IMG/VR virus record: IMGVR_UViG_3300020577_008743
Location: 1-64,000 of that record
Origin: a virus
Taxonomy: Duplodnaviria > Caudoviricetes
Length of the DNA: 64,000 nucleotides
Strand: one strand, 5' to 3'
Part shown: positions 19,618 through 30,725 of the stretch, one piece after another
Layout: the number at the start of each line of letters is the position of its first letter
Numbering within the stretch: the first letter of the stretch is position 1
Translations under genes and position numbers: made by a program
The notes under the pieces: generated by a model
Told to the model about the DNA's origin: nothing
The model's input: the letters and a program-made list of their open reading frames with translations, nothing else
Databases searched by the model: none

Positions 19618-19703
19618 GCCCGGGTGGCGGAAAATGGTAGACGCAGAGGACTCAAAATTCTCCGTCGAAAGACGTGCGGGTTCGACTCCCGCCCCGGGCA
19701 CCA
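19618..19703 (+). tRNA. tRNA-Leu(CAA)
   Basis: type II cloverleaf, CAA, CCA. Confidence 0.92.
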
Positions 19704-19721
19704 ACAAGTTAGGAAGAGAAA

Positions 19722-20006
19722 ATGGTAATAGGCGATAAGCCCGTACTCTCTTCTTCTTTTTTATCGACTGTAGGCAACGCCGTTGACGGAAGAACCCTAT
19801 GTAGATTAAAAGAAGAAGTTGAACTTGCAAGGCTTAGATTAAAGCAGTTTGAAGACGATTGTAAAACATGCCGAAGTTTTCGGCCCTGGATAGTAGAAAA
19901 GTACAAGCTTGTGTGCGGTGATCCATACTCCCTAGGTTTTGTTGCAAAAAAGCCCGGTACTGCTTATTGTCCCGAATGTGGGACTTGTGTAATGGATAGG
20001 AGTTGA
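19722..20006 (+). CDS. hypothetical Zn-ribbon protein
   Basis: CKTC..CPECG. Confidence 0.5.
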   Translation: MVIGDKPVLSSSFLSTVGNAVDGRTLCRLKEEVELARLRLKQFEDDCKTCRSFRPWIVEKYKLVCGDPYSLGFVAKKPGTAYCPECGTCVMDRS

Positions 20007-20383
20007 TATTGTCCGAAATATTCGTATTTGGTAGTAACCTGGCCGGCAGACATGGAAAAGGTGCAGCCTTATTCGCGGCCCAGTACTACGGTGCTGTCTA
20101 CGGCCAAGGAGCAGGAAGAACTGGAAACGCCTACGCCCTCCCTACGAAGGGTAACAATATGCACGTCCTTTCGTTGCAAGTAATAAAGGCTTACATCACT
20201 GACTTTCTGGAATACGCAAGAACTAATCCTGACCTAAGATTTTACGTTACAAAAGTAGGGTGTGGTCTTGCTGGTTACACCTCTGAACAAATCGCTCCTA
20301 TGTTCAAAGGGGCTCCTGAAAACTGTAGATTCGACCAAGAGTGGATCGACATTCTAAAGAAAGAAGAAAATGGAAGCACTTAA
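20003..20383 (+). CDS. conserved phage protein (IFVFGSN family, macro-like fold suspected)
   Basis: IFVFGSNLAGRHGKGAA, YALPT, VGCGLAG. Confidence 0.65.
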   Translation: MILSEIFVFGSNLAGRHGKGAALFAAQYYGAVYGQGAGRTGNAYALPTKGNNMHVLSLQVIKAYITDFLEYARTNPDLRFYVTKVGCGLAGYTSEQIAPMFKGAPENCRFDQEWIDILKKEENGST

Positions 20384-23022
20384 CCTTGTCAACCAACTCC
20401 CCGGCAATACTCATCTGGGATTTAGAGATGCAATTCATATTCCAATAGTGGTAATGAAGATGGAGAAATTCGGTAACAACTCTTGGTTTGATCCCACGGC
20501 CGGACAACCAGTCATGTTGAAACCAGGTACCAGAGACACAGTTATTGCTATTACTTCGAATCAAATTGATCGTCCTGAAGTCCTTGGTATTTTGAATCCA
20601 TATATGACTTGGGATCAGTGTGGAGATTTATACGATAAAGAGAGAAGAGACGGTTATTGTATTGTAACCGTGTTTCTGAAACCCGGAACTTCAACAGGCG
20701 TCACCCATCACTATACCCACCCCGTTTTGGATGACCCCCATCAGCTGGACGCCCACGAGACATGGCTACGTAACTTTGCTGCTAGCTGGGGTTTTAACTA
20801 CGATGAAATGATTAGAATCGGAACTACGGTTGGGACACACGGGACGGGTTCTGAATGGAAAGAATACATTACTGCCCAGGGTGTAGACCTACACAGTGAA
20901 GGTGAACTTGGTGAGGACCTGGCAAGATTCTGGGAACATCTTGAAGGCTTGAACCGCGAACGTTACCCGGCAGAAAACAGAGCCAAACTGGGTTGGTCCT
21001 GTTCCTGCTAATTCGTTGTTTGTATGGTAAAAGAGAGGGTGAAAACCCTTTCTTTACTGGAGTGAATAATGGCTACAAAGCAGCAGCAAATTGAGCAGTT
21101 GGAGAAATTGCTTGGTGATCTATACGACCACGTGATACGTAACACTTGTTTTCACGAAAGTACTCATCGTGGTGGCGCCATTTGGGAAATCTGTGATGAC
21201 TGCGGTGAAAAATGGGCGGATGACAGGGGCGGGAAGCCTGAATTCAAACTCCCTAAGTCTGTTCAAGCAGCGAAAGACTATATAGATGACCTGACAGCAA
21301 AAGCCGATCACTTAGTTCATGAAGCGGTAGAGAACGACTGTGAAGACCAGGGGTTTACTCGTATCGACCAAGGTTGTTTCAACTGGAAGTGTTTTACTTG
21401 GGAACAGGGCGCTGGCAAGCCAACTAGGCCTAAACTGGTACAACAAAGACATTATGGAGTCTGGTTCTGGGTTTGCCCCAAATGTGATGGATACTACGGA
21501 GAAGCTGGGAAATGAGACTTTGGGATAAAACACTGCTTGAAATGAGGAATTTGGTAGACTTATCTTGCATCAAGACAGTTACTTCGTTGCATCATCTCGA
21601 ACCTGACGAAAATCCTTCCGATATTTGGTTAGCCAGGGATAGGTTCACTGAACACGTACATGTCTCCCGAGAGATACGAGAGTACATTGCAGAGGTGCTG
21701 AGGGATCTAAATAGGTATGATTTCGAAGTAGAATCCGCATTTTATCGAGTTGAACATAAACATTGGAACAGTCTAGAAAAGAAAAGAACCTAGAAATGAC
21801 CGAACAAATTACTGAAGCAAAACAACGACTTGAACAGGCTTTGCCTTACATCTTCGAGTCTTTTCAAAAGGCCGGAAAAGAAGGAAACCCTGTCCTATTC
21901 GTAGCCAGTCAAGACCCAACCGGCGGTGGTAAAATGCTGGCAAGTATCAATGATCCGGAACAGCTGCTCAAGGATATCGCAGTAGTTATCGGAATTTCTT
22001 ATGAGGTAAGTGATGAACAACGTAATAAAGGCGATGCCGGCCGATTCCTTGCAAAGTTCGGGCTGAATGGACATTGATATGACCAAACCAACTTTGATTG
22101 CTCAAGCCGTTGCGTCTCTCTATGGGTATCGTCGTCCTGAACTGGAGGCCGCATGGTGGCCTTGGTTTTATCCCGATGGTGATTTCTACGGCCTTGAACT
22201 GACGATTCAGAATTCGGTGTTAGACCCTCCTTTAAGACGTGGTACTTACACAGGGGGGTGACGTTAAATGGCCTATTGCAGATGGGGGGGACGATAGTGA
22301 TGTCTACGTCCTCCATACTGGCGTCTGGGTAACCTACGTAGGCAACAACCCAAGTGAAGAGACAATAGCTAAATTGGGGGGCAGCTCTTTTCAGGACAAA
22401 ACTCCTGGGGAATGTCTACGTCGGCTCCTGAACATGCGTAAGGAAGGTTTGTTAATTCCACAGTATGGTATTGATAGACTCAGAAGAGAAGACCAGCAGC
22501 TCACCCAAAACGGATTTATCAGCCCTCGATAACTTTGGTATAAGTGTAATGTAAGCAAACCACTTAACCTGTCGGGAGAAAACACATGGGAACCATATCT
22601 GTTGCACGTCCTGTGACAAGCTTGCAAGCCACAGATTTCGTCAAGAAGTACAACGAAGGTGGGTACCCGGGCCAGAGCTTCGGTCTGGCATTCGTCAACG
22701 AATTTCGGCTTGACCGTGAAGATCCCGACGTTCAGGAGCTGCTGGAAGAGCCGAATGCCTCTTGGGCATATGCTCTGGCCTACAACTACTTCGTGGAGAT
22801 TTAACTACGAAATACGATGACTCAGAAAAAGAAACGTACACGCTAGAGCCGCACAGTTTCAACATGAAGATTTGTCACTGGTTGTACTGTTCCAAATGCG
22901 GGAGTGTATTGCTGAACAATCCGTTCAGTCGTTGGGCAGCCGACAAGGGCTGTAATTGGAACCTTCATCCCTCATACGCTTCTGAAAGGGCTAAAACTGG
23001 GATGAATTACAAAAAGAGGTAA
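20370..23022 (+). other. run of small hypothetical genes (20370-21011, 21069-21515, 21512-21793, 21796-22077, 22067-22261, 22239-22532, 22586-22804, 22762-23022)
   Basis: tightly packed, overlapping + strand ORFs. Confidence 0.55.
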
Positions 23023-23026
23023 CGGA

Positions 23027-23719
23027 ATGAAAATAGTGGAATTCGTTTGGGAGGCAACTTGGCCGGTTCTGCTGGCCCTCCTGCTGTGCTTTGCAATTGT
23101 CGGAGGGGTTGAAGCCCAAACCCTGAAGGTGGGAGATCTGACCAAGGAGCAGCGGGTTGTGCTCTACGCTCATCTGGCCAAACTCCGTGCGGAATCAGCC
23201 GCTGAGTATGCGACTAAGAAAGAACAGGCTGCGAAGCTCAGAGGGGCGGGGGAGACTGTTAAGGAGGTTGTTGGAGCCGTCTCGGCTGCTATCCCCCCTC
23301 CCCAAAAGGTTGATGAATGGACCCAAGTCGGAGCCAACATTGGCAAGGGTCTGGTTGCAGCGGCCAAGGAGATCGGTACTGCAACCGTGGACTTCTCCAA
23401 AACCGATTTAGGTAAAATCACCGTTGGAGTGATTGTATGGAAGGTGATTGGTAGGGAGCTGGCGGATACGGCCTCAGGGATTGTTCGGTACTTTACTCAT
23501 CTCTTTGCAAGCCTTCTTTTTCCTCTTGTTTGGTTTCTCGGAACCTGGTATTATATTCGGGCTGTCAAAATAACTGGGATCACAAGAGCAGAGGGCAGGA
23601 TCTTTTCATACGTAAGCAAGATTGATAGAGAAAAACTAACAGAAAACGAAAAAGTCACTTTTGTTATGTCCGGAGCTATTGCATTTATTGGAATGGTGTG
23701 GGCTCTAGTATCAATTTAA
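23027..23719 (+). CDS. membrane protein
   Basis: signal/TM segments. Confidence 0.6.
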   Translation: MKIVEFVWEATWPVLLALLLCFAIVGGVEAQTLKVGDLTKEQRVVLYAHLAKLRAESAAEYATKKEQAAKLRGAGETVKEVVGAVSAAIPPPQKVDEWTQVGANIGKGLVAAAKEIGTATVDFSKTDLGKITVGVIVWKVIGRELADTASGIVRYFTHLFASLLFPLVWFLGTWYYIRAVKITGITRAEGRIFSYVSKIDREKLTENEKVTFVMSGAIAFIGMVWALVSI

Positions 23720-23725
23720 CAACTC

Positions 23726-23816
23726 GGAAGGTTCGGTTAGAGGTCCATACCACCTGTTTGGAAAACAGGAGCTGGCGTGAGCTGGCCCACAGGTTCGAAT
23801 CCTGTACCTTCCGCCA
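23726..23816 (+). tRNA. tRNA-Ser(GGA)
   Basis: GGA anticodon, long variable arm, GCCA; atypical D arm. Confidence 0.85.
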
Positions 23817-24040
23817 AATTCATTATAAACAGTAATAAGGAAACAACAACATGACCAGTATTGTACGTATTATCGTTGACCATCTCATGCCGGGTAAGAA
23901 AATCGTGGTGAGAGAACAACCGAAAGGATGTGATTCCGGAGCGGTAGGGGGGGCCCCTCGTCTGGAAATCACTCAAGCCGTGGAATCCAAACAAACCCTT
24001 GCAGTGTGGGACTCCAACCAACTGGTAATCACGGAAGAAG

Positions 24041-24676
24041 ATGATCCCCTCGGAACCAACTAAGTTCATCTTTCTGGACATAGACGGAGTTCTTAATTCC
24101 CTTCGGACAGCAGTAGCCGTGAAGGAGGGCATTAGGCACTTCATGGACCCTGTTGCGGTTCAGCTTTTGGCTACACTCCACAAAGCCACCAAGGCTGAAA
24201 TCGTGGTATCGTCTACCTGGAGAAAAGAGTTTGAGTTGGAGGCAATTCGTCAATTTCTCATTCGAGCGGGGTGGGAGAATCCTCCTGTTTTGCGGTATAA
24301 GACACCGGCACTGGACCACGGCTTTCGTGGAGAGGAAATAGCTCAGTTTTTAGATGGTTTGATTCAAGAGGGAAAAGTCGTAGAATCCTACGCAATCTTC
24401 GATGATAACTCGGATTTTTATACTGATTGTCCCGATGAATATACCCGAGTTAAAATAAGTAGGCTGAGAACAGAAGACAAACCGGGACGGTTTCGTAACA
24501 ATCAGCCATTGATTCAAACTGCGGATGCATACGGATTATGTGCTTCGCATGTCAAGATAGCCCAATATGTTCTCAATATCCTGCCGAACAACCCAAACGG
24601 AAACAAGGATTACATGAGAACCATTTCACACCTTCGTGAAGCAGAATGCAACACGGAGCTGTATCAACCGTTGTAA
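24041..24676 (+). CDS. HAD-family phosphatase (Swiss-Army-knife RNA-repair type)
   Basis: FLDIDGVLNS, VVSSTWR, RGEEI, IFDD. Confidence 0.75.
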   Translation: MIPSEPTKFIFLDIDGVLNSLRTAVAVKEGIRHFMDPVAVQLLATLHKATKAEIVVSSTWRKEFELEAIRQFLIRAGWENPPVLRYKTPALDHGFRGEEIAQFLDGLIQEGKVVESYAIFDDNSDFYTDCPDEYTRVKISRLRTEDKPGRFRNNQPLIQTADAYGLCASHVKIAQYVLNILPNNPNGNKDYMRTISHLREAECNTELYQPL

Positions 24677-24682
24677 TTTAGG

Positions 24683-24758
24683 TGCCAGATAGCTCAGTTG
24701 GTAGAGCAGCACGCCGTTAACGTGCCGGTCCTGGGTTCGATCCCTAGTCTGGCAGCCA
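24683..24758 (+). tRNA. tRNA-Asn(GUU)
   Basis: cloverleaf, GTT, GCCA; C33. Confidence 0.9.
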
Positions 24759-24769
24759 CCTATTCAAAT

Positions 24770-25309
24770 ATGCTAACACAACTACAAGCCCTTAAATTGG
24801 TGAGGCTTGAACGCGCCCATCAAGACAACAAGTGGGGAAATATAGACGAAAACCAACAGTCCTTGCCTGGGTATCTGATAGTCGCAAGAGCAGAACTTGC
24901 TGAAGCTGGGGAAGGATGGCTTAAAGACCTGAATGGCAGGCACTCCTGTCTTGCGGAATTGGTCCAAACCGCCGCTGTGTGCATCTCCGCCATAGAACAA
25001 TACGGAGATTATAGAGAGCTTTTCTCTCTATACGAACAAGAGCTTTTTGACAGGCTTCGTGAACAGGACAAAGGCTACGTTGCTGACTTGGAACGGGCCA
25101 ATGACTATCTCCATGATCGGCTAGAAGACAATCGGGTTTATGACTTTGAAGGTAACATAATACAAGTCAAACCAGGTTCAGTTCCTGATGGAATTGAATG
25201 TCGAGATGAAACCATCAAACTCATGAGAGATGTAATAGGCGAAAAGGACGAAGAGATAGCCCGACTCCAAAATCTGCTATATGAAAAGGGAGTTGGTGAG
25301 GCCCAATGA
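24770..25309 (+). CDS. MazG-like helical nucleotide pyrophosphatase-like protein
   Basis: ERAHQDNKWG..ELAEA..ELVQTAAVC. Confidence 0.5.
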   Translation: MLTQLQALKLVRLERAHQDNKWGNIDENQQSLPGYLIVARAELAEAGEGWLKDLNGRHSCLAELVQTAAVCISAIEQYGDYRELFSLYEQELFDRLREQDKGYVADLERANDYLHDRLEDNRVYDFEGNIIQVKPGSVPDGIECRDETIKLMRDVIGEKDEEIARLQNLLYEKGVGEAQ

Positions 25310-25799
25310 ATCAAAAGACGGAGTTGCCCAAGCCTAATGTTTTACACACTCAAATAGTAAACGATCACGTAATCAAATTTCCCTTCCCCTGCAAGTTTTG
25401 CACAGAGCATTCCGTCTACGGTAACATTCACGGCGAGTTCTTCTGCCCTGATCACTGGATTGAACAATGGCAAACAACCAAGACCACAAATATGTATTTA
25501 TCGCCTTCTCAAAAAGCTGGGGAGATGAATTTGAAGTCACCGGAATCTACTGTTGTCCCACAGATCGCTGGAACAACCTGAGAAATAGAATAGAAAAAGT
25601 ATTCGCCAAAGAGAAGAAGCCGATTTCTAGATATTTTGGGACCAACCAATGTCTCGATTTCAAAGACTACGAGGACTGGTTGGATTGTGTGGATATTGTT
25701 CCCGTAAGCGAAGCTTTTTACAATGAATGGTCTACCGTTATTCCCAGACATACCTCAGAAGGCTATGTCGGAGTTTTCATAGATATTGGAGCATGAGTA

Positions 25800-27098
25800 A
25801 TGACCAAACCCCTTAGAACTATCATTTATGGTGGCGGAACTTTCAACCCCGTTCGTGTCCACATTGCTTTGGCAGCAATGGCCTTTGGTGAAACCGCCAG
25901 GTTCATCTATGACGACTTGGTTGCCAACTGTGAAGTAGACGACGTGGTTCTTCGTTTGACCAAGATGGCAGACCCTACTCGGTCTAAGCTGGTTACGAAC
26001 GAGGATGTGGAAAAGCAACTGATGATTGACGTTGCCGATCCAACTACGAAGACAATTGTGTTCAACGTGGCCCTTTGCGATTTCGAAGGAACCATCGACG
26101 GGGTTAAGTCTGGGAAGTATGCCTCTCGCCTGAAAAGCAGAGCCGGTCCGATAACCATGGACCTTACCGCTTCCCCCAAACTCTTGGGCAAGATCAGAAA
26201 AGAACGCAAGGACATCTTTCTGGTTGCTTTCAAAACCACGTGTGGTGCCACTCACGATGAACAGTACAAAGCCGGCTTGAACTTGTTGAAGGAAGCTAGT
26301 TGTAATCTGGTTTTGGCCAACGATATACTAACTGAACGAAATATCATCATCGTTCCGGAAGAGGCTTATTACACGGCGGAGGATTTTACCGGATTTGTTG
26401 ACCTAGCCTGGCTGGCAGATGACATAACAAACGACCGGCACAAAATTCTGTATATGCTGACAGATATGATGATGTCTCGTCGGAACTGTACTTTCACTCG
26501 CTCGACCGTTCTGCCAGCCCTGCCAGGCAAGGGACTTCTGTGGAAAGATGGGGCAGTTCCAGTAGTACTGAAGACGGTGGTGGACCACTGCATCTCAAAA
26601 GGGGCCTACAAGCCCTTTAGGGGGGCTACAGCAGGCCATTTCGCCTATCGGATATCTGACCATGAATTTGCTACATCCCGCCGTAAAACCGATTTTAACC
26701 ATCTCTCCGAACTCGGCCTTGTCTATGTTAAAAGTAGTTCACCAGATTCAGTTCTGGCATTTGGGGCAAAGCCTTCAGTCGGCGGGCAGTCTCAACGGAT
26801 TATCTTCGCTGAACACCCGGGGTTCACAAATATTGTCCATTTTCATAGCCCCCCAAGAGAAGGGGTAGTGGTTCCAGAGGCTCCTGAGCCCCAATGGAAG
26901 TACGAATGTGGTTCACACCAGTGTGGACAGAACACTTCCGATGGGTTGGTTGATGTTGGCCCGGGCATCAAATCTGTTTATCTATCCAACCACGGTCCAA
27001 ACATCGTCTTTACCAACGATGCTGATCCACAAGAAGTAATTCACTACATAGAGGAAAACTATGACCTTTCTCAGAAAGTCGGAGGACTCGTTTCTTGA
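25800..27098 (+). CDS. CoaB (phosphopantothenate-cysteine ligase)-like domain fused to class II aldolase-like domain
   Basis: GGGT, ALCDF, FLVAFK, LVLAND; C-terminal GHF, PSVGG, HFH, HG. Confidence 0.65.
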   Translation: MTKPLRTIIYGGGTFNPVRVHIALAAMAFGETARFIYDDLVANCEVDDVVLRLTKMADPTRSKLVTNEDVEKQLMIDVADPTTKTIVFNVALCDFEGTIDGVKSGKYASRLKSRAGPITMDLTASPKLLGKIRKERKDIFLVAFKTTCGATHDEQYKAGLNLLKEASCNLVLANDILTERNIIIVPEEAYYTAEDFTGFVDLAWLADDITNDRHKILYMLTDMMMSRRNCTFTRSTVLPALPGKGLLWKDGAVPVVLKTVVDHCISKGAYKPFRGATAGHFAYRISDHEFATSRRKTDFNHLSELGLVYVKSSSPDSVLAFGAKPSVGGQSQRIIFAEHPGFTNIVHFHSPPREGVVVPEAPEPQWKYECGSHQCGQNTSDGLVDVGPGIKSVYLSNHGPNIVFTNDADPQEVIHYIEENYDLSQKVGGLVS

Positions 27099-28102
27099 CC
27101 TGGGTAATCGGATTGTAAGGCGGTCTGAGATACTAGAAGTTTACTACGGTAAACTGTTCGAATCAGAGAAGTTTCGAAAGCAGGAAATAACTGTCTTTTT
27201 CAAAGATACTAAACAAGGATTGATAGTGGAGGGTTTCGACGCAATCAGAGTCCTCTGGGAGCTCAGCCCCACTTCGCTGGAAGGTAAGCATTTCTACTGG
27301 GCCAAGAACTCTTGGTGGTTTCACAATCTCGTTGGCCATCCGGTCATGCAACTTTTGGCTTTCGTTGGACTAACCTCTTTGGCGTTGAAAATACATGATA
27401 AAACAGTCCCTTACCCGAAGCCAGTTGTGGCTGATAGATAATTGGATGGACGTTGCAAGGGATCTGGAGAACAGAGATCCTAACCCGGTAGTTCTTAGTA
27501 TGAGGTTGACCAACAGAATTCCTCCGATGTTTTTTCCAGCCAGACCCAAATTTCGTATCAATCACTACAATACGGACGATAGGTTTAGCGTGGTTGATGT
27601 CCCAGAGAATCCCGTGCCAGGAGAAGGTGTTGATATTTTGAATTTGAAGAAAATTGCTTCTATGACACCAATCGATCTATTGTGGCCATCGAAGCTAAGC
27701 AGTAGGGGACTTCGTGATCTAAGCAATTCTCGCCCAGTATACGGCGGGTGTTATCTCAGGCACACCGTTCCTACTCCGGGGGTTAGATCTGATGTAGTGC
27801 GATTTCTTGACTGGATTTTGGAAGGAGAACACGGTACTGTTTTCTGCCCTAGGCTTTTATCCAATTCCGGATTCTATCGTTGGAATAACTATATTGGGGT
27901 TTTAACGGCTTACACCCCCGGGGAATCTCCTTTTGATGATTCCGATCTAATAAAACCAACTCACGTTGCATATCGTAGGATTGACTTTCTTAAACTCGCT
28001 CGTGATAGTTACCAACGAATTTCAAGAATAACCTCCCCCCAGCCTAACAAATACACCAAGATGCTGGAAGTCCGATCCATAATCAAGTTTTTCCTTGCTT
28101 GA
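27061..28102 (+). other. two hypothetical genes (about 27061-27441 and 27395-28102)
   Basis: ORF track. Confidence 0.5.
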
Positions 28103-28127
28103 CTTACCACAAACTGCCGGTTATAAT
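28099..28127 (+). promoter_or_regulatory. sigma70-type promoter for the tRNA cluster
   Basis: TTGACT-17 nt-TATAAT. Confidence 0.7.
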
Positions 28128-28172
28128 AAGCGTCAGTATTGTGGTACAAGAAAAACGGTAAGGATGTTATTT

Positions 28173-28249
28173 GGGTCGCTAGCTCAGTCTGGTAGAGCAG
28201 CGGACTTTTAATCCGTTGGTCACTGGTTCGAATCCAGTGCGGCCTACCA
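28173..28249 (+). tRNA. tRNA-Lys(UUU)
   Basis: cloverleaf, TTT, CCA. Confidence 0.92.
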
Positions 28250-28256
28250 CAAATTT

Positions 28257-28332
28257 GGGGCCATAGCTCAGTTGGGAGAGCGGGTGCTTTGCAAGCATCA
28301 GGTCGTCGGTTCGATCCCGTCTGGCTCCACCA
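28257..28332 (+). tRNA. tRNA-Ala(UGC)
   Basis: G3.U70, TGC, CCA. Confidence 0.93.
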
Positions 28333-28561
28333 AATTCTAACCGGATTGATCATGAAATTGACAGTTCAGTTCTTGAAGCTAAGAGCCAGGCATCATCTCT
28401 TGAAGTATCGTGATCTAACCGAAGGCTTGTCGTGCGGCAGAACACTGGCGGAAGAAATACGTCCGCAAGCCCACTTGCACAAGTTGAAATTCAATATGAT
28501 CATGAACAGGTTAGGAAGCATGGATCCTTCCTGTCCTGCAGCAAGGCTGTAAAACAGTTTC

Positions 28562-28653
28562 GGGAGAATAGCTCAATTGGTAGAGCAGCGGATTTATATC
28601 CCGTGCGTTAGATAAACGGTTGGTTGAGGGTTCGAGCCCCTCTTCTCCCACCA
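28562..28653 (+). tRNA. atypical tRNA, possibly Ile(UAU), with ~16 extra nt in the anticodon/variable region
   Basis: perfect acceptor, D and T arms and ACCA; irregular middle. Confidence 0.65.
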
Positions 28654-28670
28654 TTTTCCGAAAGTTAGAA

Positions 28671-29102
28671 ATGAGAACCAAATTTATGCCATACACGGTT
28701 GCCAAGGTCTTGGTACCTAGCAACCACGAAGCCATGATCTGTCTGGCCGACCTTGGCAGTAACTTAGTAGCCGGAGAGGGGTGGGACCACCGAATACGAT
28801 TGTATTTCCAGGATGTTGACTCTGACACCCCCGGTTCCTTTACCAGGTGGCATGCCAACTCAATCTACCTGTTTTTGAATGAGTTGCCGAAAGAGATCGA
28901 CACGATTTACGTCCATTGTTTCGCCGGAGTTTCCCGTTCTGCTGCTGTGACGAAGTACATCGCTGAACGGTACAACATCGAGGAAGCCTTGGAAGAGTTT
29001 CGGTCGTACACGCTGTACAACAAGCGCATCTACCGAATTTTGCGCAACAACTGTCCGGTACTTGGGCCTGTCCCGACGGATTATTCCAACGTAGGTTCCT
29101 GA
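28671..29102 (+). CDS. dual-specificity/tyrosine phosphatase-like protein
   Basis: VHCFAGVSRS CX5R motif. Confidence 0.8.
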   Translation: MRTKFMPYTVAKVLVPSNHEAMICLADLGSNLVAGEGWDHRIRLYFQDVDSDTPGSFTRWHANSIYLFLNELPKEIDTIYVHCFAGVSRSAAVTKYIAERYNIEEALEEFRSYTLYNKRIYRILRNNCPVLGPVPTDYSNVGS

Positions 29103-29115
29103 AAAGGAGAAAGTC

Positions 29116-29319
29116 ATGGCAATCGTGGTTTGCAACAGCTGCCGGCGTAGCTATCAGAAAATCCGGGCTTCCGACAAGTGCCCCAACTGTGATTCGGGCT
29201 CCAGACGTCGTGGTAGTTTCGATGACGACGATGACGGAGACTCGGGTTCCATCTTCGCCGGTACCATCGGTTTCGGCGGCAGGGATGATGACTCCGGAGG
29301 GTACAGTGGCGACGATTAG
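29116..29319 (+). CDS. small Zn-ribbon protein with Gly/Asp tail
   Basis: CNSC..CPNC; AAGGAG RBS. Confidence 0.55.
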   Translation: MAIVVCNSCRRSYQKIRASDKCPNCDSGSRRRGSFDDDDDGDSGSIFAGTIGFGGRDDDSGGYSGDD

Positions 29320-29493
29320 AAAAGCGCCAGACAAATTTGCCTGCACGTACTGCGGCAAGGAACATTCGTCCTACAACGGAATGGGGACGGATGTTTCCTG
29401 CTGCGGAGAAGTCGGGCACGTCAATCCCATGGCCAACTGGGACGTGAAGGGTCCGTACTTCGTGTACGAAACCCCGACGAAAATCGAAACAAC

Positions 29494-29579
29494 TGCGGGA
29501 TAGTGAGTAGCTGGTAGCTCTGAGGTCTCATAAGCCTCCGCCCTTGGCCCCGTCGGTTCGAGTCCGACTCCCGCAACCA
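29494..29579 (+). tRNA. tRNA-Met(CAU), atypical (extra nt before D stem, enlarged variable loop)
   Basis: TGCGGGA/TCCCGCA-ACCA; CAT. Confidence 0.8.
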
Positions 29580-29592
29580 ATTTGAGGTAACA

Positions 29593-29889
29593 ATGAGCAA
29601 GAAGTCAAAAGCACGGGCCTCCCTCGAACGTAAGAAGGAAAAGGCCCGCCGCAAAGAATCCCAACGGCTGAAGTACCAGTCCATGCGGGACCAGGGAATC
29701 AACAGCAAGAGCAAACGCTTTTTGCTGCGTTCCAAGCGCGGCCGCAAATCGCTCAGCAAGCACATGCACCTGGTGGCCAACTGTGGCAATCCAGGCTGCA
29801 AGAACTGCTTTCCGCGTGAAAACGTGATGCATTTCGAGATCGGTTGTCGGGTCTACGCCCACGTCGTTGCGAATGCTCATCTGATGTAA
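29593..29889 (+). CDS. highly basic hypothetical protein
   Basis: K/R-rich, CGNPGCKNC; GAGG RBS. Confidence 0.6.
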   Translation: MSKKSKARASLERKKEKARRKESQRLKYQSMRDQGINSKSKRFLLRSKRGRKSLSKHMHLVANCGNPGCKNCFPRENVMHFEIGCRVYAHVVANAHLM

Positions 29890-29894
29890 ACTGC

Positions 29895-29970
29895 TGTCCC
29901 GTCGCCAAGTCTGGCCTAAGGCACCGGATTTTGATTCCGGCATACGTTAGTTCGAATCTAACCGGGACTG
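29895..29970 (+). tRNA. tRNA-Gln(UUG)
   Basis: TTG anticodon; CCA not encoded. Confidence 0.85.
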
Positions 29971-30160
29971 CCCTTCACTACAAACCAAATGAACCCTATT
30001 TTTGCAAGCCTTTTTTTCGATATACAGCCTCCGCCGGAGCTGTTGTTGTTCTTTGCTATTCTAGCAGCAGGTCTTGCGCTATTAGTAGGGACAATAGAAA
30101 CCTGGCTCTGGTTCACCAATTGGGCCAAAAATCGCCATAAATAACAAGGACTTAAAATAT

Positions 30161-30448
30161 ATGAACAAGACAATCAAAGCCAAATGGGTAGCTGCCCTGA
30201 GATCCGGCAAATACAAACGAGCCGAAGGGGTGATGAGAAAAGGGACGGCTTCGAATCCCGAAGGCTTTTGCTGCCTGGGAGTACTCTGCGACGTTGTGGG
30301 TCAAAAGAGATTCAAGGCTCAAAGCACCTTCAGCAATCCTGCTATAAACCACCTCCTTCCCCACAACGTACGACAACGTCTTGGCTACATGAATGACGGG
30401 GGTAAGACGTTCAAAGAAATAGCCAATTACATCGAGCAAAATCTATGA
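30161..30448 (+). CDS. hypothetical protein, paralog of 33632-33979
   Basis: shared W..ALRSG.Y, C.LGVL, ND..G.TF..IA..IE. Confidence 0.65.
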   Translation: MNKTIKAKWVAALRSGKYKRAEGVMRKGTASNPEGFCCLGVLCDVVGQKRFKAQSTFSNPAINHLLPHNVRQRLGYMNDGGKTFKEIANYIEQNL

Positions 30449-30649
30449 TTGCCTTTATCTTTGCAGCCTTTTTCGGGCTGGTCGTCGTAGGAGCAAACAC
30501 TCCTACCGTCGAGGAAAAGTATGGCAATGACTGTGCCAAGAAAGCACGGGAATACGCCAGCACCAAACCAGTGTTTACCGGTATGACTCCAGACTATGTG
30601 CTGGAATATGCTGAGAAGAACTGTACCAAACTCTCCAAGTAATCCAGCA

Positions 30650-30725
30650 GTGAGGCTAGCTCAATTGGATAGAGCTCCTGATTGTGACTCAGGAAGATGT
30701 GAGTTCGAATCTCCACCTCACCCCA
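30650..30725 (+). tRNA. tRNA-His(GUG), irregular
   Basis: GTG, C73-CCA; no encoded G-1; imperfect T/acceptor junction. Confidence 0.7.

Noticed and set aside
5620-19830. Long - strand ORFs (5620-6567, 6676-7413, 17340-18350, 19027-19830 etc.)
   Set aside because: Antisense shadows of GC3-rich + strand genes, with no motifs
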